Assembly (NCBI GenBank): GCA_937996705.1
Contig: CALKUQ010000018.1
Coordinates: forward strand, 8,400 to 72,399
Reading direction: 5' to 3'
DNA length: 64,000 nucleotides
Origin: an uncultured Chlamydiae bacterium
Lineage (GTDB): Bacteria; Chlamydiota; Chlamydiia; Chlamydiales; 2-12-FULL-49-11
Under the pieces are notes generated by a model, which worked only from the letters and a program-made list of their open reading frames with translations, searched no databases and was not told the origin of the DNA. Within the stretch, counting starts at the first letter, position 1, and every line of letters starts with the position of its first letter. Both the position numbers and the translations under genes were made by a program. Below are positions 54,413 through 63,534 of this stretch, piece after piece.

Positions 54413-55924
54413 ATGAAAAAAACTCAAATCGTATTTAATACACTCACGATCATATTAACCTGTTTTGCCCTTTGCGTAACTTTTAATATACCAAAAGGAA
54501 TTGGGAATACCCTAAAGCCCCTATATTCCTCAAAACGATCCTTCAAAATAATGAACAGTTTGCTAATTAAAAAACCTATTGAGGAAGATAAATCGTTTGT
54601 AGTTGTAATTACTTCCTACAACAATCAAACTTTTTGCGAAAAAAATTTATTCTCAGTTTTTCAACAAACTTATAAAAATTACCGAGTTATCTATATAGAT
54701 GACTGTTCTAGCGACGCTACTTTTGAAAAAGCGCAAGCGTTTACAAAAGCGCTGAATCAAGAAGGTCGTATATCCTTTACTCGAAATCCTGTTAGAAATC
54801 AAAAACTAGCTAACCTCTACCCTGCTTATATGTCGTGTAAAGATGACGAAATTATTGTTTGCCTAGATGGCGATGACTGGTTTGCTCATGAAAATGTCCT
54901 AAAAGAGTTAAATGAATATTATCAAAATCCCAACGTTTGGATCACCTATGGCTCTGCAATAAATCATCCAAAATATGAAAAAAGAGATGGGCGCTTTATA
55001 ACAGATCAAATTCTACTTACGAATTCCATTCGAGAAAAAAAATTCTTTCTTAGCATGGTAAGATCGTTTTATGCAGGTCTTTTTAAACAAATAAAATTAA
55101 AGGATCTCCTTTACGAAGGAAGATTTCTACTCTCTGCAGATGATTTCGCCTTCATGATCCCCATGGTTGAAATGGCGCCAACACACACTCTTTTTATCCC
55201 TGAAATTCTCTATGTTATTAATGATGCTAATCTCCATAGAGAGCATATTACTATTGGTGACCTGCAAGAAAAACTCACAGTTTACTTAAAATCGAAGGAA
55301 AAATACACCCCACTTGATCCCTCATTCAACCCAAGAAATCTTGATTCAGAATTGCTTAATCAATCCCTTGATTTAATTGTTTTATCAAACGGGGACGTAA
55401 ACTCTTTACATAAGGCATTAAAAAATTACCTATCTCATGTCTCTCCACTCCGCAATATTTATGTTCTTTTCAATTCGTCCAGCTTGAAAAATATAAATGA
55501 ATACGACTTTCTATTGAAAGAGTTTCCATCGGTATCATTTATCCATGAAAGTGAGCTCTCTCTTAAGTCTCTTATTGAGACAAGCTCTGCCTATGTAGCA
55601 ATTGCAAGTGACAATTTGGAGTTAAACAGACAACTTGATCTAAGCTTATGCGTCAAAGAGCTTGAACTTACAGGGTCTATTAATTTCCTTATTGGAACAG
55701 AACCCCCTTACCCAGATCTTGTTAAACTGAATAATTCTGTTGTTGCTGCCTCATTTGAAACGATAGTTAAGTCCAACAATCTTTCAAACAATAGGTTTTT
55801 TTCAATTTTTCAGAAGAACTTCCTCCTAAAAAATCTTATTCCCAATAAATCTGCATTTAATGCGGTCTATGATAAAAATAAAAACCGCTCAGAGACAACC
55901 CTATTTTTCTTAGACCCTCTCTAA
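54413..55924 (+). CDS. family 2 glycosyltransferase with an N-terminal membrane anchor and a long C-terminal extension
   Basis: GT-A motifs VVVITSYNNQTFCEKNL, YIDDCSSD and LDGDDWF (DxD). N-terminal TM IVFNTLTIILTCFALCV. Confidence 0.8.
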   Translation: MKKTQIVFNTLTIILTCFALCVTFNIPKGIGNTLKPLYSSKRSFKIMNSLLIKKPIEEDKSFVVVITSYNNQTFCEKNLFSVFQQTYKNYRVIYIDDCSSDATFEKAQAFTKALNQEGRISFTRNPVRNQKLANLYPAYMSCKDDEIIVCLDGDDWFAHENVLKELNEYYQNPNVWITYGSAINHPKYEKRDGRFITDQILLTNSIREKKFFLSMVRSFYAGLFKQIKLKDLLYEGRFLLSADDFAFMIPMVEMAPTHTLFIPEILYVINDANLHREHITIGDLQEKLTVYLKSKEKYTPLDPSFNPRNLDSELLNQSLDLIVLSNGDVNSLHKALKNYLSHVSPLRNIYVLFNSSSLKNINEYDFLLKEFPSVSFIHESELSLKSLIETSSAYVAIASDNLELNRQLDLSLCVKELELTGSINFLIGTEPPYPDLVKLNNSVVAASFETIVKSNNLSNNRFFSIFQKNFLLKNLIPNKSAFNAVYDKNKNRSETTLFFLDPL

Positions 55925-56155
55925 CTGAAATTTCCTCCATGCGATGATTTTTTAGAGCAAAGAGAAATAATTTTCTGAATTTTTTCCCTTTTTAGGGAAC
56001 TTGGGTTTAAAAATTACTTGTCTTAAATTGGGGATTCATCCTATCTTTGTCTATAAAATCTTTGTTTTGATCCAGTTATAGGGCGGGAAAATATTAATGC
56101 TTCCCATATTAACAATTATAGATTAATAAGAAGATTATAAAATTAGGGTCAATTT

Positions 56156-58669
56156 GTGAGCAAAATATTAATCATTGTCGAATCTCCGACTAAAATCAAA
56201 ACTCTCAAGAAATTTTTGACAAGAGGTTATTCCTTTGAATCTTCAGTCGGCCATGTAAGAGATTTGCCCAGCAAAAAGTTTGGGATTGATATTGAAAACA
56301 AGTTCACTCCAGAGTATGAAATCCTTTCAGGTAAAGAGGATGTAGTTAAAAAGATTAAAGCTGCAGCTAAGGGTGTGGACCTTGTCTATCTCTCCCCTGA
56401 CCCTGATAGAGAGGGAGAGGCAATTGCCTGGCATATTGCATCTGTTCTTCCAAAAGGAATTAAATACAAAAGAGTTACGTTTAACGAATTCACTAAGGAT
56501 GCCATAAATGAAGCTCTTAAAAAGCCAAGAGACATTGATGAACACTTAGTAAATGCCCAACAAGCAAGAAGACTCTTGGATCGTATGGTGGGTTACAAAA
56601 TCTCCCCCATGCTACATAAAAAAATTCCCAGGAAGGGGGGAACCGGCTCTCTTTCAGCAGGGAGAGTGCAATCGGTTGCACTAAAACTTGTAGTGGATCG
56701 AGAGAGGGCAATTGACGCATTTATCCCCGTAGAATACTGGAATTTAGGCTCTTTTCTCAAGCAAGTGAAGGGTGCTGAAAGCAAATTTGAAGCACATTTA
56801 CATGCAGTAGATGGGGTACGGGTCGAAAAGGAAAAAATTGAAGGAAAGAAAGTTTTCCTTATTTCCAATGAAAAAAAAGCTCTGGAAGTAAAAGAAAAGC
56901 TAGCAAAGGGAAAATACAAAATCACTTCGGTGCAAAAAAAGGAGAAGAAAAAGTCTCCCTCTCCCCCTTTTATTACCTCTACCCTTCAACAAGAAGCGGC
57001 TCGTCATTTCGGATTTGCAGCTGCTAGAACGATGCAAATTGCACAAAGCTTATACGAAGGGGTTGATTTAGGAAACGAGGGCACAGAGGGCTTAATAACC
57101 TACATGAGGACAGATTCTGTACGTGCATCTCCAGAAGCAATCGAACATGCTCGTGAATATATCTCAAAAAAATTTGGAAAGAAGCATCTTCCAGAAAAGC
57201 CTAATGCATATGCTACAAAAAAAACCGCTCAAGATGCTCACGAAGCAATTAGACCTACAAATGCCCTAAGATCACCCGATCAGATAGAGTCGTTCCTAAA
57301 CAGCGACCAAAAAAAACTTTATCTTCTTATTTGGCAGAGATTTATAGCCTCTCAAATGACAAACGCCCTTTACGACACCATCTCCTCCGATATAGAGACA
57401 GATAACGGTCTAACTCTTAGAGCAACAGGATCTTTATTAAAATTTCCCGGATTTCTCTCTGTCTATAAGGAGATGCAAGATAGCGATGAAGAGGCGTCTG
57501 AAGATGAGGAAAAGCGACTCCCAGATTTGAAAGAGGGAGAAGCTCTAAAACTTATCGATACATTTGCAACGCAATCTTTTACAAAACCTCCTGCCCGCTT
57601 TACTGAAGCATCTCTGATTAAAGAATTGGAAAAATCTGGAATTGGAAGACCTTCTACCTACACAAGCATTATGCAGAAAATTGCAAGCAGATCGTACACA
57701 TCTAAGGAAAAAGGGGCTATTAAACCTACAGAACTTGGAAAAATTATCTGCCAAATGCTTGAGGAAAACTTTCCTAAAATCATGGATATCAAGTTTACTG
57801 CACAAATGGAAGATGAGCTTGATAAAATTGCAGAGACCGATATCGACTGGAAGGCATTTTTAAAAGAGTTTTGGGATGAATTTTATCCAACTGTCGAACT
57901 TGCTGAGAAAGAGGCAAGAGTTCCCCGTATTAAAACTGATATGATTTGCCCTGATTGCGGAGCGCCTGTAGAAAAAGTTTGGGCAGGAGATAAGTACTTT
58001 TTAGGGTGCAGTAAATATCCTGAGTGTAAGTATACGGCTACAATAGAAGACACTACGTTTAACAAAGAAGATTATGCAGCAGATTTTGATTGGGAGCAAC
58101 AATGCCCCCTTTGTCAAGGTGAGATGAAAGTTCGTAAAAGCAGATTTGGACACTTTCTTGGTTGCACAAAATATCCTGAGTGCAAAGGGATTATTAATAT
58201 CCCTAAAAAGGGAGAAGCTATAGACACAGAAGATCTTAGCGAACTTCCTAAATGCCCTGCAATCGGATGCACAGGACAAATTATGAAAAGGCGTTCCAGA
58301 TTTGGAAAAACATTCTACTCTTGCTCTGCTTTCCCTGCCTGCAACGTTATCGTTAACGACCTTGATGATCTTGAAGCAAAATATCATAACCACGAAAAAA
58401 CAGCGTATGAAAAACCGGCAAAAGGTGCACCAAGGGGGAGAAATGCCCTTAAAAAGCCTTCCAAGGATCTTGCAGCAGTGATTGGGGAAGAAGAGGTCTC
58501 AAGAGGGGAAGCGACGAAAAAAATTTGGATCTATATCAAAGAAAAAGATCTTCAAGACAAAGAAAACCGTCGTAAAATCATCCCTGACAAAGTTCTTGCT
58601 AAAGTGATTGGCAAAGAGGCTATCGATATGATGAAACTTGCCGGCTTTCTCTCTAAACACCTTTTATAA
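56156..58669 (+). CDS. topA: DNA topoisomerase I with three C4 zinc ribbons and a C-terminal SWIB/MDM2 domain
   Basis: Toprim ILIIVESPTKIKTL, active-site Tyr in GLITYMRTDS, three CxxC...CxxC modules, and a SWIB-like C-terminus (LAAVIGEEEVSRGEATKKIWIYIKEKDLQD...IIPDKVLAKVIG). GTG start. Confidence 0.95.
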   Translation: MSKILIIVESPTKIKTLKKFLTRGYSFESSVGHVRDLPSKKFGIDIENKFTPEYEILSGKEDVVKKIKAAAKGVDLVYLSPDPDREGEAIAWHIASVLPKGIKYKRVTFNEFTKDAINEALKKPRDIDEHLVNAQQARRLLDRMVGYKISPMLHKKIPRKGGTGSLSAGRVQSVALKLVVDRERAIDAFIPVEYWNLGSFLKQVKGAESKFEAHLHAVDGVRVEKEKIEGKKVFLISNEKKALEVKEKLAKGKYKITSVQKKEKKKSPSPPFITSTLQQEAARHFGFAAARTMQIAQSLYEGVDLGNEGTEGLITYMRTDSVRASPEAIEHAREYISKKFGKKHLPEKPNAYATKKTAQDAHEAIRPTNALRSPDQIESFLNSDQKKLYLLIWQRFIASQMTNALYDTISSDIETDNGLTLRATGSLLKFPGFLSVYKEMQDSDEEASEDEEKRLPDLKEGEALKLIDTFATQSFTKPPARFTEASLIKELEKSGIGRPSTYTSIMQKIASRSYTSKEKGAIKPTELGKIICQMLEENFPKIMDIKFTAQMEDELDKIAETDIDWKAFLKEFWDEFYPTVELAEKEARVPRIKTDMICPDCGAPVEKVWAGDKYFLGCSKYPECKYTATIEDTTFNKEDYAADFDWEQQCPLCQGEMKVRKSRFGHFLGCTKYPECKGIINIPKKGEAIDTEDLSELPKCPAIGCTGQIMKRRSRFGKTFYSCSAFPACNVIVNDLDDLEAKYHNHEKTAYEKPAKGAPRGRNALKKPSKDLAAVIGEEEVSRGEATKKIWIYIKEKDLQDKENRRKIIPDKVLAKVIGKEAIDMMKLAGFLSKHLL

Positions 58670-59704
58670 AGGTGGATAGATTTCTACATGAGTAATATCG
58701 TCCAAATCATTAGCTATGAGCATAGCTTCTAGGTTATAAGCAAAATCCCCCTCTTTGAGGGGGAAAATTTTTGTCACTGTAGCGACAGGAATTCCTTGAG
58801 GAAAGACACCATCTAGTCCACTTGTGATAAGAAGATCTCCCACTTTTAAAAGAGGTTTTTTCAATTTATCATGGATTGTATGTGCAGAACCCTCACTATC
58901 AGAAAATTCGTAGTTAAATCCAACCCCTTTAAGTCTAGGACTTCTCCCCCTCCAAAGAGGGTAGCTTGAGCCTCTAAGCTCTCCTTTGGCTAAATAAAGG
59001 GTCTCTCCGGACTCTCTAAGTCTGCCCTTAATCTCAGCTAACTCATCAAACATATGAGGATCTGCAAGACCTTCTTGGTACTGAAGTTCCTCTTCAAGTG
59101 AAACTACATTTTTCAATAGAGAAAAGTTTTGTTCATCTCCCCGGACTGCTCTCACAGCGGGGGCTAAGGAAGAGTCAGTAATTAACCTAACATACGATCT
59201 CTTTTCTTCTACTACTTCAATAATTCCAATAAGAGCCCCTTGTGAAAGAACTGGACTATTTTTTGCTAAAATTTTTACCTGAAGCTCTCTGTTTTCCTTT
59301 TCTCCTTTATCAATCCAAAAGCCACTGCCCCAAAACCCAGGATCTCGGAAAATTACTTGAGCACCCAGAGAATAGATCTCTTTTTCTAAAAGGAGGAGTA
59401 AATCTCGAATTCGTCTCTGATAAAAAGGCTCATAATTTTTATCTTGCAAAAGCCCCTCAATCCTCCTAACATGCCCTTCAATACGGTCTTCTAAAAGGAT
59501 CCAATTTCGAACTTCTGCCAAATCATCCTGTAATTTTTTATTCTCAATTTTAAGTTGTAAAAGCTCACTCTCTTCATGTCCATGATAGTTTCCATCAGCA
59601 AACAAAAACTTACCTCGAAACTTATTTACAAAAGAACTCGGCAGATTGACAAATAAAAAAAGGAGGGCTGCAAGCAAAAAATAAGAAGCATACCTCTTTT
59701 TCAT
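58664..59704 (-). CDS. mreC: rod shape-determining protein MreC
   Basis: N-terminal TM, a coiled coil (LLQLKIENKKLQDDLAEV), and a C-terminal LITSGLDGVFPQGIPVATV motif. Confidence 0.8.
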   Translation of the reverse strand: MKKRYASYFLLAALLFLFVNLPSSFVNKFRGKFLFADGNYHGHEESELLQLKIENKKLQDDLAEVRNWILLEDRIEGHVRRIEGLLQDKNYEPFYQRRIRDLLLLLEKEIYSLGAQVIFRDPGFWGSGFWIDKGEKENRELQVKILAKNSPVLSQGALIGIIEVVEEKRSYVRLITDSSLAPAVRAVRGDEQNFSLLKNVVSLEEELQYQEGLADPHMFDELAEIKGRLRESGETLYLAKGELRGSSYPLWRGRSPRLKGVGFNYEFSDSEGSAHTIHDKLKKPLLKVGDLLITSGLDGVFPQGIPVATVTKIFPLKEGDFAYNLEAMLIANDLDDITHVEIYPPL

Positions 59705-60879
59705 ACCACCGCTGCAATTGAATTTACTATATAGTCCATATTGCTAAAATTAAGAGCCGTTAAGTTGACTCTGGATTTCGGAGCAGTATAGATTGCAAAT
59801 TCCTCACGCAATCTTATAGACTGGTCCTCTGAAAGACCAAGGAGGCAAAAAAATCCTTTACCCTCTTTCATATAGGGAAACCTATGATCGGGAATTTTAG
59901 CTTGGAGTCTTGAAAAAAAAGTTTGCCTGAGTTCCTGCATCCTAGCTCGAGCACTATCAACCTCTATTTCCCATATATTACGTAAGTTAGGGGTTTGTAA
60001 AATTAGCTTTACAATCTCAGCTCCGTGTCTTGGAGGATTGGAGTAATTTGTTCGAATGAGAGACCTAATATTACGCCTCATTAAATCTACAAGGTGAGGA
60101 TCTCGCAAAGATGCATAAAGGGCCCCCACCCTCTCCCCATAAAGTGAAAACGATTTTGAAAAAGAGTGGGCAACAAAGCACTCGTGCCCTTTTTCTACAA
60201 AGTAACGTATGCCATAAACATCTTCTTCAAAACTCGAGCCGAATCCTTGATACGCAGAATCAAAAAAGGGGATCAATTTTTTTTGTCTAAATAGAATCTC
60301 TAGCTTTTCCCATTCTGCTTTTGTGAGGTCGTGTCCTGTGGGATTATGGCACTGCGCGTGAAGAAGGACTGCACTCCCCTCTGGCAAATTGGCTAAATGC
60401 TCAAACATTCCGTTCGGGTAGGGGTATTTATCAATCGTAAAACCTACTTTTCGAAAAATATTTTCATGATTTTCCCAAGTGGGATCGGGAATAGAAATCT
60501 GAGTGGTTAACTCATTTTTAATAAAATCTGAAATAATACGGAGGGCAGAAGTCCCCCCTATTGTCTGTGCACCATAAATGATAGCAGAAGAATTTTCCCC
60601 AAAGATTAATTTCTGAGTAGCTTTTACATACTCAAGATCTCCATCGATAGGGAGATAATTTTTCGTGGTATTTTTTTTTAAAATTTCCTCTTCTGCACTT
60701 TTAACAGAAGGAAGGATGATTGCAGATCTTCCATCCTCTTCTACAAGAATACCAACAACTAAATTAATTTTATTCTTTCTAGGATCTTTTTGGAACGCAT
60801 CATTAATGCCGAAAATAGCATCTGTTGGAATATCGGTTAGGTTCGAAAAGCGAGAATTTTTTGTTACCTCTTGCTTCAA
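59701..60879 (-). CDS. aspC: aspartate/aromatic aminotransferase (class I)
   Basis: PLP-Lys motif SFSKSFSLYGERVG and an N-terminus PTDAIFGINDAFQKDPRKNKINLVVG typical of AspC. The start is moved to the TTG at 60879, which has an AGGAGG SD (complement of 60883-60891). The ORF-track N-terminus (60880-60975) runs antisense through tRNA-Ala. Confidence 0.85.
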   Translation of the reverse strand: MKQEVTKNSRFSNLTDIPTDAIFGINDAFQKDPRKNKINLVVGILVEEDGRSAIILPSVKSAEEEILKKNTTKNYLPIDGDLEYVKATQKLIFGENSSAIIYGAQTIGGTSALRIISDFIKNELTTQISIPDPTWENHENIFRKVGFTIDKYPYPNGMFEHLANLPEGSAVLLHAQCHNPTGHDLTKAEWEKLEILFRQKKLIPFFDSAYQGFGSSFEEDVYGIRYFVEKGHECFVAHSFSKSFSLYGERVGALYASLRDPHLVDLMRRNIRSLIRTNYSNPPRHGAEIVKLILQTPNLRNIWEIEVDSARARMQELRQTFFSRLQAKIPDHRFPYMKEGKGFFCLLGLSEDQSIRLREEFAIYTAPKSRVNLTALNFSNMDYIVNSIAAVV

Positions 60880-60917
60880 AATCCCTCCTCCTCTTATACT
60901 GAATCTCTCAAATCTAT

Positions 60918-60990
60918 GGGGTGTTAGCTCAGTTGGTAGAGCGCAACAATGGCATTGTTGAGGCCAGCGGTTCAAGCCCGCTACGCTCCA
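60918..60990 (+). tRNA. tRNA-Ala (anticodon GGC)
   Basis: Manual fold: acceptor GGGGTGT/ACGCTCC including the G3:U70 Ala identity pair, D arm GCTC-AGTTGGTA-GAGC, anticodon stem CAACA/TGTTG with loop ATGGCAT, T arm AGCGG-TTCAAGC-CCGCT. 73 nt, no encoded CCA. Confidence 0.9.
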
Positions 60991-62654
60991 TCTCCCTTCT
61001 CCACAGCTTCTAAAAATGCTTGCAGCTGCTTGGCTCGTGTCGGGTGTCTCATTTTGCGCAACGCCTTCGCTTCAATCTGTCTTACCCTCTCTCGAGTTAC
61101 TTTAAAATAAACGCCAACCTCTTCCAAAGTTTTTGGTTTTCCATCTAACAGACCAAAACGTTCAATCAAGACTGTTTTTTCTCTGTCCGTCAAAGTTGCA
61201 AGCACTTCATTCATTTTATCTTTTAAGATTGAATAACCTGTCGCATCAGCCGGTGATTCCGTTGTAGTATCCTCTAAGAAATCCCCAAATTGGCTCTCTC
61301 CACTATCTCCCACTTCCGCTTGTAGGGAAATTGGGTGTTGCGCAATCTTATAAATTTCTCGAATTCGATCAGATGACAATCCTAGCTCTTCCGCAAGTTC
61401 TTCAGGAGTCGGCTCTTTACCTGTCTCCATCATCAGCTTCTTTGCACCTCGAAGCACCTTATTAATTGTCTCAATCATGTGAACTGGGATACGGATCGTT
61501 CTTGCTTGATCTGCAATAGCTCTTGTGACAGCTTGCCTAATCCACCAAGTTGCATAGGTAGAAAATTTATAACCCCGTCTGTATTCAAATTTTTCAACGG
61601 CTTTCATAAGACCCATGTTTCCCTCTTGAATCAAATCAAGGAAAGATAGGCCTCTATTCGTGTATTTTTTTGCGATAGAAATTACAAGTCTTAAATTTGA
61701 CTCAACCATTTCACGCTTGGCTTCCTGGCTTTTATCCATCCATCGCTGCAACATTCGAACATCTTTTTTAAACTCATCGAGTGTTCTTCCTGCTGCAAGC
61801 TCTTTTTTCAAAAGCTTTCTTTTTGCTGCAAATAATTTCGCAAGGGCAAATCTGTTTTTTTCAGCTCGTGGGGTAAGCTCTTGAATCTCTTTTTCAATAA
61901 CAAGAAATCTTTCATAGCTTGTAAGAATCAATTCACCGAAGTCTTCAATTAAAGTATAACGAAAGCGCATTCTTCTTAAATAAGACTGGGTTCGGATACG
62001 ACTTTTTTCAACCTCTTCATGAATTTTAACGCGGTCAACTTTAGAAAGAGCCTCATTTCTGAGAGCTAGCAAATATTTTTCCAGTTGCGCATCTTCTTCC
62101 CTTAAAAGGTCTTTTAAGCGGGGGAGCATTTTAACAAAATGGTGCTTATCTTCAATTTCCTTTTCGGTCACTATCTTATCAAGTCTTTCTTTCGTGCTGA
62201 TCAGATAATTGGTAATAGAAATTGTCTCGCTTGTCGAATATCTGAAACGCATAATAATGCGCTCAATCTGCATTTGCGCCTTTTCAATCCTCTTGGAAAT
62301 CTCAACTTCTTCTTCCCTAGAAAGAAGTGGGACTGAACCCATCTCTTTTAAGTACATCCGAACTGGATCGTCCGCCGATGCTTCAGCCCTTCTTGGAAGT
62401 GCCTCTACCTCTTTAGCCTCTTTCTTGCGCTCTTTTTGCTTTTCAACTTCTGCCTGATTGAAAATCTGAATGTCCATGCCGCTCAAAAAGATCAAAATCT
62501 GATCAATTTGATCGGCTGAGTCAAAACTCATCGGCAGAATGTCATTTATTTCCTCATACGTGATATAGCCTTGATCTTTGGAGATTGCAACAATCTCCTC
62601 GATTTTTTGCTGATACTGAGGATCAAAGGGTTGGTTTTCTTTTGTTTTTCCCAT
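60981..62654 (-). CDS. rpoD: primary RNA polymerase sigma factor (sigma-66/70)
   Basis: Region 2 ([32 protein letters not shown]) and region 4 ([30 protein letters not shown]). The last 10 nt overlap the 3' end of tRNA-Ala on the opposite strand. Confidence 0.95.
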   Translation of the reverse strand: MGKTKENQPFDPQYQQKIEEIVAISKDQGYITYEEINDILPMSFDSADQIDQILIFLSGMDIQIFNQAEVEKQKERKKEAKEVEALPRRAEASADDPVRMYLKEMGSVPLLSREEEVEISKRIEKAQMQIERIIMRFRYSTSETISITNYLISTKERLDKIVTEKEIEDKHHFVKMLPRLKDLLREEDAQLEKYLLALRNEALSKVDRVKIHEEVEKSRIRTQSYLRRMRFRYTLIEDFGELILTSYERFLVIEKEIQELTPRAEKNRFALAKLFAAKRKLLKKELAAGRTLDEFKKDVRMLQRWMDKSQEAKREMVESNLRLVISIAKKYTNRGLSFLDLIQEGNMGLMKAVEKFEYRRGYKFSTYATWWIRQAVTRAIADQARTIRIPVHMIETINKVLRGAKKLMMETGKEPTPEELAEELGLSSDRIREIYKIAQHPISLQAEVGDSGESQFGDFLEDTTTESPADATGYSILKDKMNEVLATLTDREKTVLIERFGLLDGKPKTLEEVGVYFKVTRERVRQIEAKALRKMRHPTRAKQLQAFLEAVEKGDGA

Positions 62655-62696
62655 AGCTCTTCTAAAAAGAACCTAATATACTAAGGGTTCCTAATA

Positions 62697-63284
62697 TTGT
62701 CTAGTGTAGAATTTATGGAAGGAAAAGGCAGCCTACTTCACCAAGCGGTTCAAAAGCATATTTATGACCTTCTCCCTAAAGGAGAGGTGATTATGGAATA
62801 TCGATTACCTGGACACATTGGAGATCTTGTTTGGCTTCCCAAAAAAATTATTTTTGAGATACAAGTCTCTCCTATTTCAATAGATATCGCAATAAGTAGA
62901 ACTCGTGATTACAAAAAACTAGGCTATCTCCTGGTATGGATCTTGCACCAAAAAAATTTTAATGGAACGTATATGACACTATCAGAGCTCTACTTAAGAA
63001 AATTACCCCACTGCTATTTTACAAACATCTCAATAGGAGGGCACGGCTACATTTATGACCAAATTGATAGGATAAAAAACAACAAACGAATCGAAAGAGG
63101 CCCTCCGATTCCGATAGATTTAAAAAATATTTTACTAAAAAAGGGGACAAAAAAGTCTTTCTTTTTCAAACATATCATTTCGCTTTTGACGAAATCTCTG
63201 GATGCGTGCTATACTTTGCTAAAAAATAACCAAGTTAGGCAAAACCATGGCAGACAACAAAAAAGAAGAGAAAAAAAAGGTTAA
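62697..63284 (+). CDS. CoiA-like competence/nuclease family protein
   Basis: GDLVWLPKKIIFEIQVSPISIDIAISRTRDYKKLGYLLVWILH matches the remembered CoiA core (D..EIQ.S.i....R...Y...g..v.WIl). TTG start. The 3' end runs through the rpsT promoter and start. Confidence 0.55.
   Translation: MSSVEFMEGKGSLLHQAVQKHIYDLLPKGEVIMEYRLPGHIGDLVWLPKKIIFEIQVSPISIDIAISRTRDYKKLGYLLVWILHQKNFNGTYMTLSELYLRKLPHCYFTNISIGGHGYIYDQIDRIKNNKRIERGPPIPIDLKNILLKKGTKKSFFFKHIISLLTKSLDACYTLLKNNQVRQNHGRQQKRREKKG
63186..63215 (+). promoter_or_regulatory. sigma-70/66-type promoter candidate for rpsT, embedded in the upstream ORF
   Basis: TTGACG (63186-63191), an 18-nt spacer, then TATACT (63210-63215), about 30 nt upstream of the rpsT ATG. 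Confidence 0.45.
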
Positions 63285-63516
63285 AGCACCGACAGCGCTT
63301 AAGAGACACAAACAAGACATAAAGAAAAACTTGACAAATCGTATTAGAAAGTCTCAAATTCATACAGCTAGAACGGCCTTTGCAGAAGCTAAAGACGAAA
63401 CTGCCAAAAAAACTTTATTAAATACACTCTACGGGCTTCTTGACAAAGCAGCTAAAAACGGCGTATTTAAGAAAAACAAAGTTTCTCGTCTAAAATCACG
63501 CCTAGCTGCTAAATAA
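63247..63516 (+). CDS. rpsT: 30S ribosomal protein S20
   Basis: Basic 89-aa protein with KAPTALKRHKQDIKKNLTNRIRKS... and ...FKKNKVSRLKSRLA, typical of bS20. Confidence 0.9.
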   Translation: MADNKKEEKKKVKAPTALKRHKQDIKKNLTNRIRKSQIHTARTAFAEAKDETAKKTLLNTLYGLLDKAAKNGVFKKNKVSRLKSRLAAK

Positions 63517-63534
63517 TCTCCCTTAGAAGCTGGA

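Noticed and set aside
56327-58393. Series of minus-strand ORFs (56327..56925, 57545..57805, 57883..58393) inside topA
   Set aside because: They are antisense to a strongly supported 837-aa topoisomerase gene, have no motifs, and are typical shadow ORFs of Lys/Glu-rich coding sequence.
60880-60975. N-terminal 32 codons of the ORF-track aspC model
   Set aside because: This stretch is the reverse complement of tRNA-Ala and its flank. It was replaced by the TTG start at 60879.
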